From the NCBI GenBank assembly GCA_965116885.1, contig OZ220741.1, forward strand, positions 4,160,001-4,224,000: DNA of 64,000 nucleotides. Direction: 5' to 3'. Below the pieces are notes generated by a model. It was given only the letters and a program-made list of their open reading frames with translations, had not been told where the DNA came from and ran no database searches. Of this stretch, positions 18,001 through 27,426 are shown piece after piece; position 1 is the first letter of the stretch, and every line of letters begins with the position of its first letter. The position numbers and the translations under genes are program-made. The DNA comes from Candidatus Latescibacterota bacterium. GTDB lineage: Bacteria; Latescibacterota; UBA2968.

Positions 18001-18930
18001 CCCGAACTACAACTCGTGACAGATGGTCAATTGCAGATCACGGGAACGCTGCAGGGCATCAAAGTTGAGGGCAAACTCGCGATGAAACAGGCAGAGATTC
18101 GCCTGGCGGAATTGCTCGGAGTACCGAGCCTGGCGACGAAACAGGCAGAGATTCGCCTGACGGAATTGTTTGAAGAACCGAGCCCGGAAATGCCGTCGTT
18201 TCTGAGGGATCCGGAAATACACCTGCAAGTGTCTGCCGACAGACAGGTGTGGTTGCGCGACCCGTTCTTTGAGGTGGAAATTGGGGGCGATCTGGATATA
18301 ATAACAAAACGTGAAGATTCGCGTATTTATGGCGCGCTATCGAGCCGCCGGGGCAATTACATCTGGCAAAACCGCCGCTTGCGTATTACACAGGGCGAGA
18401 TTCAATTTCAGGGCAGGCCCGACTGGAATCCCGATCTGGATATTCGCGCCGAGACGCGCGTGCGTGCTGTGACCGGGCCTGTTGATATTATTGTCATAGT
18501 GGGAGGAACATTGACGTATCCGCAGATTTCGTTTGACAGCAGCGATCCGTCATTGGGGGGAGATATGGGGAATATTGCATCTCTACTGTTGACTGGCAGA
18601 CCGGCTGGTCAATTTGAGTTTGAGTTTTCCCGCGATCACACGCTGGACCTGTTTGCGGGGGCTGTTGCAAATCGCCTGGGGCGCCACATTGGTCAAAAGT
18701 TGCATCTGGATCTTGTGGAGGTCGATGTCTCCAGGATTCGATTGGGCAAGTATATCGGAGACAGGTTGTTTATGAGTTATGCAAAGGATATTTCGAGCAC
18801 GGCTTATGAAGCGGCGATGGAGTTTGAAGTATTGTCAGGGCTGACATTGGAAGCGAGTCAGATAGAAGAAGATACGGAAAATCGACGCAGGCGAGGATCG
18901 GTGGGGTTGTTCTGGAAGAAAGAGTGGTGA
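15070..18930 (+). CDS. tamB: Translocation/assembly module TamB-like protein
   Basis: N-terminal TM anchor, long beta-rich body, C-terminal DUF490-like region (NPDLDIRAET, GTLTYPQISFDSS, LGKYIGDRLFMSY). Confidence 0.85.
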   Translation: MNRRAKSIIWILVGAGIVLAVGVMLVTGGYANGILRDLAQRALSRQGDEVCLIGEIQGNPLGDCRIVGVQIGDRARVDTLDMTYSFWNLLIGKVVIHRLRLSGIEMRLDASDEETETPVWDAPPPLDLDIESLEIADANVLVDGTQVRDIALKGAIFAGKSEYRLILERFRSVQFDPPLEVTNLSGIAILQAGHLRLNDVALHTHGSRILLRGKVWQLDSPEVDLVVEADSLWLADLRPLIDLPTRAMQMHGNVKGDLQSLVTELVMQDDESFVEFNGVLGIAPFAVRGDAVFKIETNDLISLGYTEFDADLPRISTSLDGMITFAVDSSGVESAVAEGVFRRVQFWDARFDSVRFAINLANDLLQMQVTANGPSGNIVGNGEARLTAWDSEWKMQFRDLYAEHLPGVPKKVGRVTGRIGGARYVDQRLFIDHFETSLQSWGTRVTGNGRMHFEGDKPAIGGNIQAEVALPSLTGADRWGTSLTLGGDVDGITGDDLTVELAGNIVGNAAADSLHISALINSEGKSDIRVDLSGAGGVFSTQGQIDRHVEGQWLMDVQNLEAIGEVIGVDLSGTLALSGTWSGALDAPGFSAQGGADSLVVTGIPLQNLTIETQWARPDSGAMNLQVDRLTWGERSLQKVFFEAVYAQGETSFLLGNGAQVNDQILFQGRAGQKDGHLQVGMDSLYVKVDQVVLHNEGPVRFAYSPSHGVHIEHLVLSGPAGRLVAQDQQGFQATVEVLLKDLDLRPWAFLAGASGMGGILNGEVLFAGTLADPLIFFQFDLAKGEISSVEFDSATGEMSLGNDRIHFEVKVVPDRDEVLTLFGSLPIAGTGDMHLRARSEGIALRTRPNLSDAKTELVGIKRSERLVVGTVPNAFFGAAEGISGMLSFDLEARGRFEQPDIRGAIEIRDGVFHISDLNRSYAPVFGRAAVGDGKIQIDSLAIGTSANLFGDIMLEGFWPSRWNLSAQFRDFEPVARPELQLVTDGQLQITGTLQGIKVEGKLAMKQAEIRLAELLGVPSLATKQAEIRLTELFEEPSPEMPSFLRDPEIHLQVSADRQVWLRDPFFEVEIGGDLDIITKREDSRIYGALSSRRGNYIWQNRRLRITQGEIQFQGRPDWNPDLDIRAETRVRAVTGPVDIIVIVGGTLTYPQISFDSSDPSLGGDMGNIASLLLTGRPAGQFEFEFSRDHTLDLFAGAVANRLGRHIGQKLHLDLVEVDVSRIRLGKYIGDRLFMSYAKDISSTAYEAAMEFEVLSGLTLEASQIEEDTENRRRRGSVGLFWKKEW
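18079..18184 (+). repeat. In-frame 54-bp tandem duplication in tamB
   Basis: AMKQAEIRLAELLGVPSL / ATKQAEIRLTELFEEPSP. Confidence 0.85.
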
Positions 18931-18988
18931 GAAAAAATACAGGTGAAATAAAGAAACTGCTGGCCGAAAGACTTCGGACGGCATTTTT

Positions 18989-20689
18989 TTATTTTAAGGT
19001 AATTTTCAATAGTTCAGCCACTTCTTCTGATGTGCGGTATTTGCCGTCAAAGAGTTGGATGAGATAAAGTTGATAGGTCAGGTAGCGTCCCAGAATGATA
19101 GTGTGGTCTTCTCCTGCGAGATGGCGTTGCCAGAGTTTGGAGGTGTTAGATGTGTTGTAGAGTATATGGTCGCACAAATTTTTGCCCGGCGGTTGGCGCA
19201 ACCAATTCGCGTAATCGGCAAAGGTTTGGGGGGGGCGATTGCGCAATCCTGTGAGTCTCCGCAGGATTTTGACAGTCCAGGGGGAATGGGATATGGGAAA
19301 TCCCGTAGCTTGATAGGGAATATTTTTGAAATATTCGGGAAAGGCCTGGAGAAGCATTTGCCGGTAGAGCCGATTGTTGGCTTTTTGTTGCAGGGGAATA
19401 GAATAGAGAAATTCCTGCACTTGATTGTCGAGGAATGGCAAGCGGTATTCGAGGCCATGCAAAAGTCCCAGGCGGGGACCGTAAATGGTGAATCCGCGCA
19501 TGCGCCAGTCTATGTAAAAAGCGTGTGCCGATCCCGCCTTGTTAAATGCGGTTTCGAGGTGTTGGGCCGTGTTGCGGTCTGCCTGGACGTGTAGCTTGTT
19601 TTTCAGGTAAGCTGAGAGTCCGTTTGGATGAAATAGATGGCCAGCCCCTGCTAATCCATCGCCTCCTGCGCCGTTGAGGCAGATATCACAGGCTTCTTTC
19701 TGTTGTCTGAGATGTTCAATACCGTGCATATGGAGCAAGTCGAGCGCGCCATCGACATACCACACGCCGGAGATTCTCGGCAAGAGCCAATTTTGATCAT
19801 CCAGAGGCAGGATGGTATGTGGCGCGTTTTTTACGGATGCTGCCTGGGCTGCAATGCGAACATCTGCGCTGTCGGGGTGACCGAATGTGAAGGTTTTGGG
19901 CGTGCGAGGCATGGCGGCGAGGATCGCGCGCGAATCGAGGCCACCGCTGAGGGCGAGACCCGTTCGTCCCGTGGTTCTCTGTTCTACGGCAGTGCGAAAG
20001 CGCGCGCCCAATTCATGTGCCAATTCGCGCCGGGTGTGATGACCTGTGAGGGGAGCAATTTCATCCCAGGACCAGTAGCATTGCTGTGTAAGACTACCAT
20101 CAGAGATGCGAAATGTCATTTGCGTTGCAGCGGGCACGGGCGCGACGCCTTCGAGCCAGGTGTGATCAGAAGGCAATTGTCCGGTGGCGAAAAACAGGTC
20201 GCGGGAAATGGGGTCAATCACAGGTGAAAATTCGGGTAGCGTGAGAAATGCCTTGGTCTGAGAGGCCCAGGCAATGCGATTGCCCAAGCGCGTCCAGTAG
20301 AGCGGACGCAAGCCATAGCGGTCAGTGATAATGTGCAGTTCATTTTTGTGCGTATCAAAGACCACACCGGCAAAAATGCCATCGATGCGGCTCAATTTTT
20401 CGCGTTCATCTGTGATAGCCTGAACCAAAAATTCTGGGTCAGAGGTAGCAGAGCGAGCCAGCGCAACGCGGTTAAAAATTTCGCCATCAAACCAGGCAAT
20501 AAGTCCCGATTGTTCATAAACTGGGGACACAGGACGCCAATTGGGCGCAAACGCGACGCCCGCAATGTGCGGGGCAAAGACGACACGGTGCGCTTTTTGA
20601 TGTACGACAAGGCTATCTGCCATGCGCGTGAGCGAGCGGGTGAGTTCGCGGGTGGTAAGAGGCGATTGGGATATGAATCCTGCGAGCAT
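18989..20689 (-). CDS. Asparagine synthetase B-like amidotransferase/ligase
   Basis: FDGEIFN, DRYGLRPLY, ALSGGLDSR, GAGGD, RLPFLD; no N-terminal Cys; start could be 20689 or 20713. Confidence 0.8.
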   Translation of the reverse strand: MLAGFISQSPLTTRELTRSLTRMADSLVVHQKAHRVVFAPHIAGVAFAPNWRPVSPVYEQSGLIAWFDGEIFNRVALARSATSDPEFLVQAITDEREKLSRIDGIFAGVVFDTHKNELHIITDRYGLRPLYWTRLGNRIAWASQTKAFLTLPEFSPVIDPISRDLFFATGQLPSDHTWLEGVAPVPAATQMTFRISDGSLTQQCYWSWDEIAPLTGHHTRRELAHELGARFRTAVEQRTTGRTGLALSGGLDSRAILAAMPRTPKTFTFGHPDSADVRIAAQAASVKNAPHTILPLDDQNWLLPRISGVWYVDGALDLLHMHGIEHLRQQKEACDICLNGAGGDGLAGAGHLFHPNGLSAYLKNKLHVQADRNTAQHLETAFNKAGSAHAFYIDWRMRGFTIYGPRLGLLHGLEYRLPFLDNQVQEFLYSIPLQQKANNRLYRQMLLQAFPEYFKNIPYQATGFPISHSPWTVKILRRLTGLRNRPPQTFADYANWLRQPPGKNLCDHILYNTSNTSKLWQRHLAGEDHTIILGRYLTYQLYLIQLFDGKYRTSEEVAELLKITLK

Positions 20690-20834
20690 AAAAAATACCT
20701 GTCTGAATACCACTTCATTCGGGATTAGGTGTAGTCAATATAAGAAAAACTTTATTATTTCACTTTTCATTTTTTGTTTTTATTGGTACAATACAACAGT
20801 TCTAATATCATCGCATTTAACCGCAGGGGTCGAA

Positions 20835-22046
20835 ATGGAAGAGAAGAATTATAAAGTTCGCGCAGCGCATTGCAATTGGCGGGCGTCGGAGGAAGAAATA
20901 TACCAGACTTTGCGCCGCATTACAGATCCATTGCATCGGTCGTGGGAAAAGCTGGAAAAAGCCAATCGGATTGTGATCAAGTTCAATATGATGAAGCTAC
21001 ACAATCGCATTATTTACTACATGGGACGGCGGCGCGAGTTGGTCGATGACATGGTCGCACGCGCTGTTTTGCGTTTGTTGAGAGAACGAACCCGTGCGGA
21101 AATTATTGTGACGGATACCAATCCCTATACGCGCGACCATCTGATGGGTGAAGATTTTAATTACGCACATATTTTGAAAGAATACGATGTGGGGTTTGTC
21201 GATTCAAATGCGCCGCCGTTCAAACAGTATGACGTGCCCGGCGGCGGATGCATGTTTGACCGCTATACGCTTAGCGCGTGTTTTGAAGGGGCAGAGGTGG
21301 TTTCTGTAGCCAAGATGAAGAATCATCTGTTTATGGGGATTACGCTTTGCATGAAAAACCTCTTTGGCCTGCCTCCAATCACACTGCCACACGGCCGCGT
21401 GAGATCCTATTATCACCACTTTATTCGCCTGTCTTATGTATTGCCCGATTTGGGATTGATAACCCAACCTTGTCTGAATATTGTGGATGCACTAACCGGG
21501 CAATGGGATAGAGAATGGGGCGGACAGGGACGTATCTGCAATGCGTTATTAGCAGGTGACCATGTAACCGCTACCGACGCTTGTGGTACCCATTTGATGG
21601 GGCACGACCCTGGGTCTGATTGGCCCAATCCGCCGTTTCGGCGCGACCACAACCATTTGTTGATCGCAGACAGGCGCGGTTTTGGTACGGTTGATCTGAG
21701 GGAGATTGATTTTGAGAGCGAGGTATCTGCGCCCCTGGCCGAGTTTGATTCAGAGCGTACAGACAGCGAGGAAATTGTGGAAAGCTGGCGTCGCACCACC
21801 TGTGAACAGGCCCTGCTTTACCAGGACCGTCGGCGGGATATCGTTGATCGGTATCGAAATGAATTTATCTTTTTGCAAGATGGCGATGTGGTCTGGCACG
21901 GTGTGGATCCCGCCAATTTGAGTAGCCGCAGGCAGTTGAGCGGACAAAAAAAGGACCAGGGGATGTGGCTCAAGTTGGTCGATCCCGAAGAAACCGAAGG
22001 CGAACGCTTTGAGACTTATGAGGCGTGTTTGAGGATGACGGGATAA
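20835..22046 (+). CDS. DUF362-domain protein
   Basis: IVIKFN, SVAKMKNH..GITLCMKNLFG, IVDALTG, ATDA; start reassigned to MEEKNY. Confidence 0.8.
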   Translation: MEEKNYKVRAAHCNWRASEEEIYQTLRRITDPLHRSWEKLEKANRIVIKFNMMKLHNRIIYYMGRRRELVDDMVARAVLRLLRERTRAEIIVTDTNPYTRDHLMGEDFNYAHILKEYDVGFVDSNAPPFKQYDVPGGGCMFDRYTLSACFEGAEVVSVAKMKNHLFMGITLCMKNLFGLPPITLPHGRVRSYYHHFIRLSYVLPDLGLITQPCLNIVDALTGQWDREWGGQGRICNALLAGDHVTATDACGTHLMGHDPGSDWPNPPFRRDHNHLLIADRRGFGTVDLREIDFESEVSAPLAEFDSERTDSEEIVESWRRTTCEQALLYQDRRRDIVDRYRNEFIFLQDGDVVWHGVDPANLSSRRQLSGQKKDQGMWLKLVDPEETEGERFETYEACLRMTG

Positions 22047-22071
22047 AATCCGCTAAGACAGTGCAATAGAT

Positions 22072-22821
22072 ATGGATATTTTGCGAACCGATACTGCCCA
22101 TGTCTGGGCGGTGGATTTAGAGCGCGAGACACACATGTTGGCCGAGACGCTATCGGCAGATGAGTGGATGCGTGCCGACAGGTTTCTCTTTGAAAAGCAC
22201 CGAGCGCATTTTGTTGCCGCACGCGGATGTCTGCGCGCGATTCTCGCAAAATACATGGATTGCAAGCCAGGTGAACTGGCTTTTTTTTATGGCGAACACG
22301 GCAAACCTGCTCTGGCATCTCCCTGGGATAAATCTCAGTTGCGATTTAACCTGAGCCATTCGGCTGGCCTGGCTCTTATCGCGGTTTCGATGCGCCATGA
22401 GATTGGGGTTGATGTTGAGCATCTCAGTCGCAAGGTCGGCCAGATGCAAGATATTGCGAAACGTTTTTTCGCACCTGGCGAATACGAGCGGTTATGCGCG
22501 TTGCCGAGAGAAGAACAGCGACGGGCTTTTTTTTGTTGCTGGACGCGCAAAGAGGCATATCTGAAAGCTGTCGGCACCGGTCTTACCCAGTCATTGAAAA
22601 ATTTTGAAGTTAGTATGGGACGCGAGGCAAAATTGTTGCGAACCAAAAAAGGCAATACAGAAGATTGGACGCTGCAACACCTCGAACCCGCAGAGGGTTA
22701 TGTCGGGTCTGTAGCGATTGCGGGAAAAGATGTTGAGGTAAAGATCGTGAAACACTTTTTGCACGGCCTTTGTCTGAACAATGATGATGCGAACGCGCAA
22801 TGCGGGACAGTATCTCTGTGA
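22072..22821 (+). CDS. Sfp-type 4'-phosphopantetheinyl transferase
   Basis: GKP, FNLSHS, IGVDVE, WTRKEAYLKAVGTGL. Confidence 0.92.
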   Translation: MDILRTDTAHVWAVDLERETHMLAETLSADEWMRADRFLFEKHRAHFVAARGCLRAILAKYMDCKPGELAFFYGEHGKPALASPWDKSQLRFNLSHSAGLALIAVSMRHEIGVDVEHLSRKVGQMQDIAKRFFAPGEYERLCALPREEQRRAFFCCWTRKEAYLKAVGTGLTQSLKNFEVSMGREAKLLRTKKGNTEDWTLQHLEPAEGYVGSVAIAGKDVEVKIVKHFLHGLCLNNDDANAQCGTVSL

Positions 22822-22840
22822 TCGCCGGATGCAGGAGCAG

Positions 22841-25063
22841 ATGATGGATCGTTTACTGGACAATGGACATAGTTTGAATTGGTTGAAACAGGCTTTGCCC
22901 GAAGGGGAAGATGAACTTATCCGGGTGCAGACCGATTTGAATGAAAAAGGCGACTTCGGAAACCAGTGGGTAGTGGTGACGCGCAATCGCGTGCTGGTGC
23001 GGCAAAATGGCGCGATAGCAGATATTCCGATTTCCGAAATTGAACTGGCGCGAACCGAAGCTCTGGTGGGCGGTGCGCGTCTGGAAATTCATCGAAAAAA
23101 TAAGCCGACCATCCATGTTCCGTATTCTCTGACGCAGGCACAAAAATTTTCGGAGACCACGCGAGGGATCGAGCAACTGCGCAAGGGGCAAGAATTTTTT
23201 ATTAATGCGCATCTGGATCGCACAGTCTGCGAATCGTGTGGCCGACTATTGCCCGAAAAAAATGGGATATGTCCGGCGTGTTTGAACAAATTTGCAACGT
23301 TGGGACGCATTGCATCGTATTTGAAGCCCTACAAAACACGCGCGATTGTACTGGCTCTGGCGTCTATTGTGACGACGGTTGCCGAATTGATTCCGCCTTA
23401 CGTGACCAAGCTCATTGTCGATGATGTGTTGGTGCTGCCCGAAGGCTCGGAGATGCTGTACGACGAGCGGCTCAGTTTGCTCGGCTGGCTCGTGCTGGTT
23501 CTGGTGGGTATCCGGCTGCTAACCTGGGGGGCAGAATGGGCGCACGGCTGGACAGTTACGTGGCTTTCCGCACGGGTAACGGCAGATATCCGCAGCCAGC
23601 TTTACAGGCGTTTGGAGTTGCTATCCCTGCAATTTTACGACAAACGGCAAGTTGGCGCAGTGATGTCCCGCGTGACGAGTGACAGCAGTCGTTTACAGAT
23701 GTTTTTGGTCGATGGCTTGCCATATCTGGTGATCGAGGCGATGATGTTGCTGGGGATTCTCGCCGCGCTGTTTATGATGAGTTGGTCACTGGCTATTCTG
23801 GTGCTCATTCCAGTTCCATTAATCATGATCTGGGGGTATGCGTTTTATCGGCGGATGCGGAAATATTTTACCCGCTGGATGCAGTCCTGGTCTGAGACGA
23901 TGTCGCGGGTTAATGAAGCACTCACGGGCATTCGCGTGGTGAAGGCATTTGCACAGGAAAAGCAGGAAATTCGGGTGTTCAAAAGGCGTAATGACAAATT
24001 GACGCGCATCGGTATTACCGCAGAGGTCAACCAGGGTATTTTTTACAAAACGATGACCTTGTTGACAGCGGCAGGCGTGATCATCGTGTGGTATTTCGGT
24101 GGGTTGGAGGTGATCGATGAGGAGTTGACGCTCGGCACTTTGATGGCTTTTTACAGTTATATGATGTTGCTCTACGGTCCCCTGGAATGGTTTGGGATGG
24201 TCAATTCGTGGATGACGCGCGCAATGGCCGGTGCAGAACGCATTTTTGAAATTATCGACACGCCCTCCGAGGCATACCAAGATCCCAATGCCGTGCCGAT
24301 GCCGCGTATTGAGGGGCGCGTGAAGTTCAATGACGTCACATTTGGATACGACAAAAGTAAGCCCGTGCTTCACGAAATTAACCTCGATATCAAACCGGGG
24401 GAAATGATCGGACTGGTGGGAAAATCCGGCGTGGGTAAGACGACAACGGTAAATCTGATTTGTCGGTTCTACGATGTTGACCGCGGAAGCATTGAGGTAG
24501 ATGGGGTGGATTTGCGCGATATTCGGCTGGAGGATTTGCGGTCTCAAATTGGCATTGTGTTGCAAGAGCCGTTTCTGTTTTCGGGCAGTATTGCTGAAAA
24601 TATCGGCTACGGCAAGCCTGGCGCGACATTCGATGAGATTGTAGCAGCGGCCAGAGCTGCCCATGCACACGATTTTATAGTGACGAAGTCCGATGGCTAT
24701 GATACGCTTATTGGCGAGCGAGGAGAATCGCTTTCGGGCGGTGAACGGCAGCGCGTGTCCATTGCACGGGCTATTTTACACGACCCCAAGATTTTGATCT
24801 TAGACGAGGCCACGTCGTCTGTTGATGTGCAAACGGAAAAACGCATTCAAGATGCGGTTGTGCGATTGGTCAAAGGACGAACGACTTTTGCAATAGCCCA
24901 CCGTTTATCCACCCTTCGCAACGCAGATCGGTTGCTGGTGATGGATGCCGGACGCATTGTGGAAATTGGAACGCACCACGAATTGCTTGAAAAGAAGGGC
25001 ATGTTTTACAAATTGGTTCAGATGCAAGAAGAGATTTCACAGATTATTGCGATTAAGGAATAG
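22841..25063 (+). CDS. ABC exporter (TMD+NBD) with N-terminal extension and Cys4 knuckle
   Basis: GKSGVGKT, LSGGERQR, ILDEATSS, AHRLST; CESC-x10-CPAC before the TM domain; start chosen after an AGGAG RBS. Confidence 0.92.
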   Translation: MMDRLLDNGHSLNWLKQALPEGEDELIRVQTDLNEKGDFGNQWVVVTRNRVLVRQNGAIADIPISEIELARTEALVGGARLEIHRKNKPTIHVPYSLTQAQKFSETTRGIEQLRKGQEFFINAHLDRTVCESCGRLLPEKNGICPACLNKFATLGRIASYLKPYKTRAIVLALASIVTTVAELIPPYVTKLIVDDVLVLPEGSEMLYDERLSLLGWLVLVLVGIRLLTWGAEWAHGWTVTWLSARVTADIRSQLYRRLELLSLQFYDKRQVGAVMSRVTSDSSRLQMFLVDGLPYLVIEAMMLLGILAALFMMSWSLAILVLIPVPLIMIWGYAFYRRMRKYFTRWMQSWSETMSRVNEALTGIRVVKAFAQEKQEIRVFKRRNDKLTRIGITAEVNQGIFYKTMTLLTAAGVIIVWYFGGLEVIDEELTLGTLMAFYSYMMLLYGPLEWFGMVNSWMTRAMAGAERIFEIIDTPSEAYQDPNAVPMPRIEGRVKFNDVTFGYDKSKPVLHEINLDIKPGEMIGLVGKSGVGKTTTVNLICRFYDVDRGSIEVDGVDLRDIRLEDLRSQIGIVLQEPFLFSGSIAENIGYGKPGATFDEIVAAARAAHAHDFIVTKSDGYDTLIGERGESLSGGERQRVSIARAILHDPKILILDEATSSVDVQTEKRIQDAVVRLVKGRTTFAIAHRLSTLRNADRLLVMDAGRIVEIGTHHELLEKKGMFYKLVQMQEEISQIIAIKE

Positions 25064-25078
25064 TTGTTCGAGGTTCAC

Positions 25079-27358
25079 ATGAATCACTTACCAGGAAAAC
25101 CATTGATCGAAAAACTCCCGCCATCTGTGGCAAAGAAGCTAAGTGCTGCAAAGCCCAATGGCGAGACTGTGCTGATGCAGGTAGCAACGGATCTGGACGA
25201 GTCCCTGAATTACAACCCGCAGTGGGTGGTGGTGACTGATCAACAGGTTCTGGTAATTCCCGAATTGGGTGTGGATGGCACGCAGTCGATGGCGATCGGC
25301 GATGTGGAAGACGTGAAAGTAGAGGAACGCGTGGGGTTGGGTGCCCTGGCGTTGACGCACAAAGCAGGACCTGGAATGCAGGTCCCCTATTCCCCATCTC
25401 TCACTGCTGTGTTTGCCGAAGTAGCCGATGGGATTCGGCAGTTGAAGGATAATGAGTCACTAACATTGCCCACAGAATTAGAACAGACCCACTGCGAACA
25501 CTGTGGGCGTCGGTTGCCCGAAAAAAATGGGGTGTGTGCTGCGTGTTTGAAAAAGTGGCAGACGTTTCGACGCATTGTGGGTTATATGGCCGCTTATCCC
25601 GTGCGCCTGGTTACAACCATTGCCCTGACGTTTGTCAGTGCTTTATTGACTCTGTTGCCGCCCAAAATTACAGAGTATGTGATTGATGGTGTTTTGACAG
25701 CGGGTTGGGACGCAGTTGCCATTCCACTAATCGAATCAACAGATCGCCTTAATCGATTGGGGCTGTTGATCTTAGGGCTTATTATTGTACGGCTGTTGAT
25801 CTGGAGTGCCGATGTGGCAATGGCGGCACTGAGTCGATCGTTGGGATTGCGTGCTATTGGCGATTTGCGAGAAGATCTCTATCGCGCGTTTCAACTGGTA
25901 CCCATTCGTTTTTACGATCGGCGGAAGGTGGGGGCACTGACGTCTCGCATGCACAATGATACAGACCGCATGGAAGGGATTATGGTGTATGATTTTTATT
26001 TTGTATTTTCCAACAGCCTGTTATTTGTCGGTATTCTGGGTTTTCTGTTGTGGATGAACTGGAAGCTTACGCTGTTTGTCGTGGCCCCCATTCCGCTGAT
26101 TTTGCTCGCTGGCACAAAGATATGGTACCGCATCATGACATTCTGGACGCAGTGGTCGGGCAAGTGGGGCAGACTATCGGCACAGTTGAATGAGTCGATT
26201 CACGGTATTCGCGTTGTAAAAGCATTTGCACAGGAAGCCAAAGAGAGCGAGCGATTTGACCGGTACAACGAAGATTTGCGCGATGTGGATACCCGGGGCG
26301 AACGGGCCTGGTTTGTTTTTTGGACCGTGACAAATCTGTTTATGAACGTGGGGGTGTTTTTTGTATGGTATTTTGGTGGGTGGCAGATTCTGGACGGAGA
26401 ATTGACGCTGGGTGCGTTAATCGCATTTATGAGTTATCTCTGGATGTTGTACCAGCCGCTGCGCTGGTTTGGCGATTTTTACAGTTATATTTTACGGGCA
26501 TTTGCCGGCGCACAACGCGTGTTCGAGGTGATCGATTTTGAACCCGAACCCTACCAAAAGCCCGATGCTGTGCGCTTGCCCAAACTTGAGGGTGGTTTGA
26601 AGTTCGAGTCCGTGTTCTTTGGTTATGATCCCGGCAAACCCGTGCTCAAGGGGGTTGATCTGGAAGTGAAGGCGGGTGAGATGATTGGGCTTGTGGGCAA
26701 GTCCGGCGCTGGCAAGTCAACGCTGATTAATCTGGTGTGTCGGTTCTACGATCCCGACCGCGGGCGGCTGCTGGTGGATGGCGTGCCGATGACCGATGTG
26801 AACTTGCGCGATTTGCGATCCCAAATCGGAATGGTACATCAACAGCCCTTTTTGTTTGACGGCACGATTGCCGAAAATATCGCCTATGGCAAACCAGACG
26901 CGACCTTTGACGAGGTGATGCGCGCCGCAATCGCAGCCGAAGCACACGAGTTTATTGTCAAAAAACCCGATGGCTATGACATGCGGGTGGGAGAAAGCGG
27001 CGGGCGTCTTTCAGGTGGCGAAAAACAGCGGGTGTCTATCGCGCGGGCGATTTTGCACAACCCGCGGATTCTCATTCTCGATGAAGCGACGTCTTCGCTG
27101 GATACACCGACCGAGAAGAAGATCCAGATGGCGATTGCGCGCCTGGTTGAAGGGCGTACGACATTCGCCATAGCACACCGTTTATCAACCCTTCGCAGCG
27201 CGGATCGGCTCGTGGTTATGGATGAAGGCAATATCGCCGAAGTCGGAACGCATCAGGAGTTGATGGATCGGGAAGGTATTTTTTATCGCCTGGTCAAGAC
27301 ACAGCAAGAGACGACACTGGATATGTTTATGACTGCGGTGGGGGTAGAGTTGGAATAA
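25079..27358 (+). CDS. Paralogous ABC exporter subunit
   Basis: GKSGAGKS, LSGGEKQR, DEATSS; CEHC-x10-CAAC; same architecture as the upstream gene. Confidence 0.92.
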   Translation: MNHLPGKPLIEKLPPSVAKKLSAAKPNGETVLMQVATDLDESLNYNPQWVVVTDQQVLVIPELGVDGTQSMAIGDVEDVKVEERVGLGALALTHKAGPGMQVPYSPSLTAVFAEVADGIRQLKDNESLTLPTELEQTHCEHCGRRLPEKNGVCAACLKKWQTFRRIVGYMAAYPVRLVTTIALTFVSALLTLLPPKITEYVIDGVLTAGWDAVAIPLIESTDRLNRLGLLILGLIIVRLLIWSADVAMAALSRSLGLRAIGDLREDLYRAFQLVPIRFYDRRKVGALTSRMHNDTDRMEGIMVYDFYFVFSNSLLFVGILGFLLWMNWKLTLFVVAPIPLILLAGTKIWYRIMTFWTQWSGKWGRLSAQLNESIHGIRVVKAFAQEAKESERFDRYNEDLRDVDTRGERAWFVFWTVTNLFMNVGVFFVWYFGGWQILDGELTLGALIAFMSYLWMLYQPLRWFGDFYSYILRAFAGAQRVFEVIDFEPEPYQKPDAVRLPKLEGGLKFESVFFGYDPGKPVLKGVDLEVKAGEMIGLVGKSGAGKSTLINLVCRFYDPDRGRLLVDGVPMTDVNLRDLRSQIGMVHQQPFLFDGTIAENIAYGKPDATFDEVMRAAIAAEAHEFIVKKPDGYDMRVGESGGRLSGGEKQRVSIARAILHNPRILILDEATSSLDTPTEKKIQMAIARLVEGRTTFAIAHRLSTLRSADRLVVMDEGNIAEVGTHQELMDREGIFYRLVKTQQETTLDMFMTAVGVELE

Positions 27359-27369
27359 GAGGCGCGCCT

Positions 27370-27397
27370 GTAGGGGCAGTGCCCCTGTGCCTGCCCG
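27370..27397. repeat. GTAG-type REP-like palindrome
   Basis: GTAGGGGCAGTGCCCCTGTGCCTGCCCG in an intergenic gap. Confidence 0.55.
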
Positions 27398-27426
27398 TTT
27401 AAGAGTAATTTTGATTGGAGATTTTG

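Noticed and set aside
18989..20713. Lasso peptide cluster
   Set aside because: No precursor, B1/RRE or B2 protease gene is adjacent to the AsnB-like gene.
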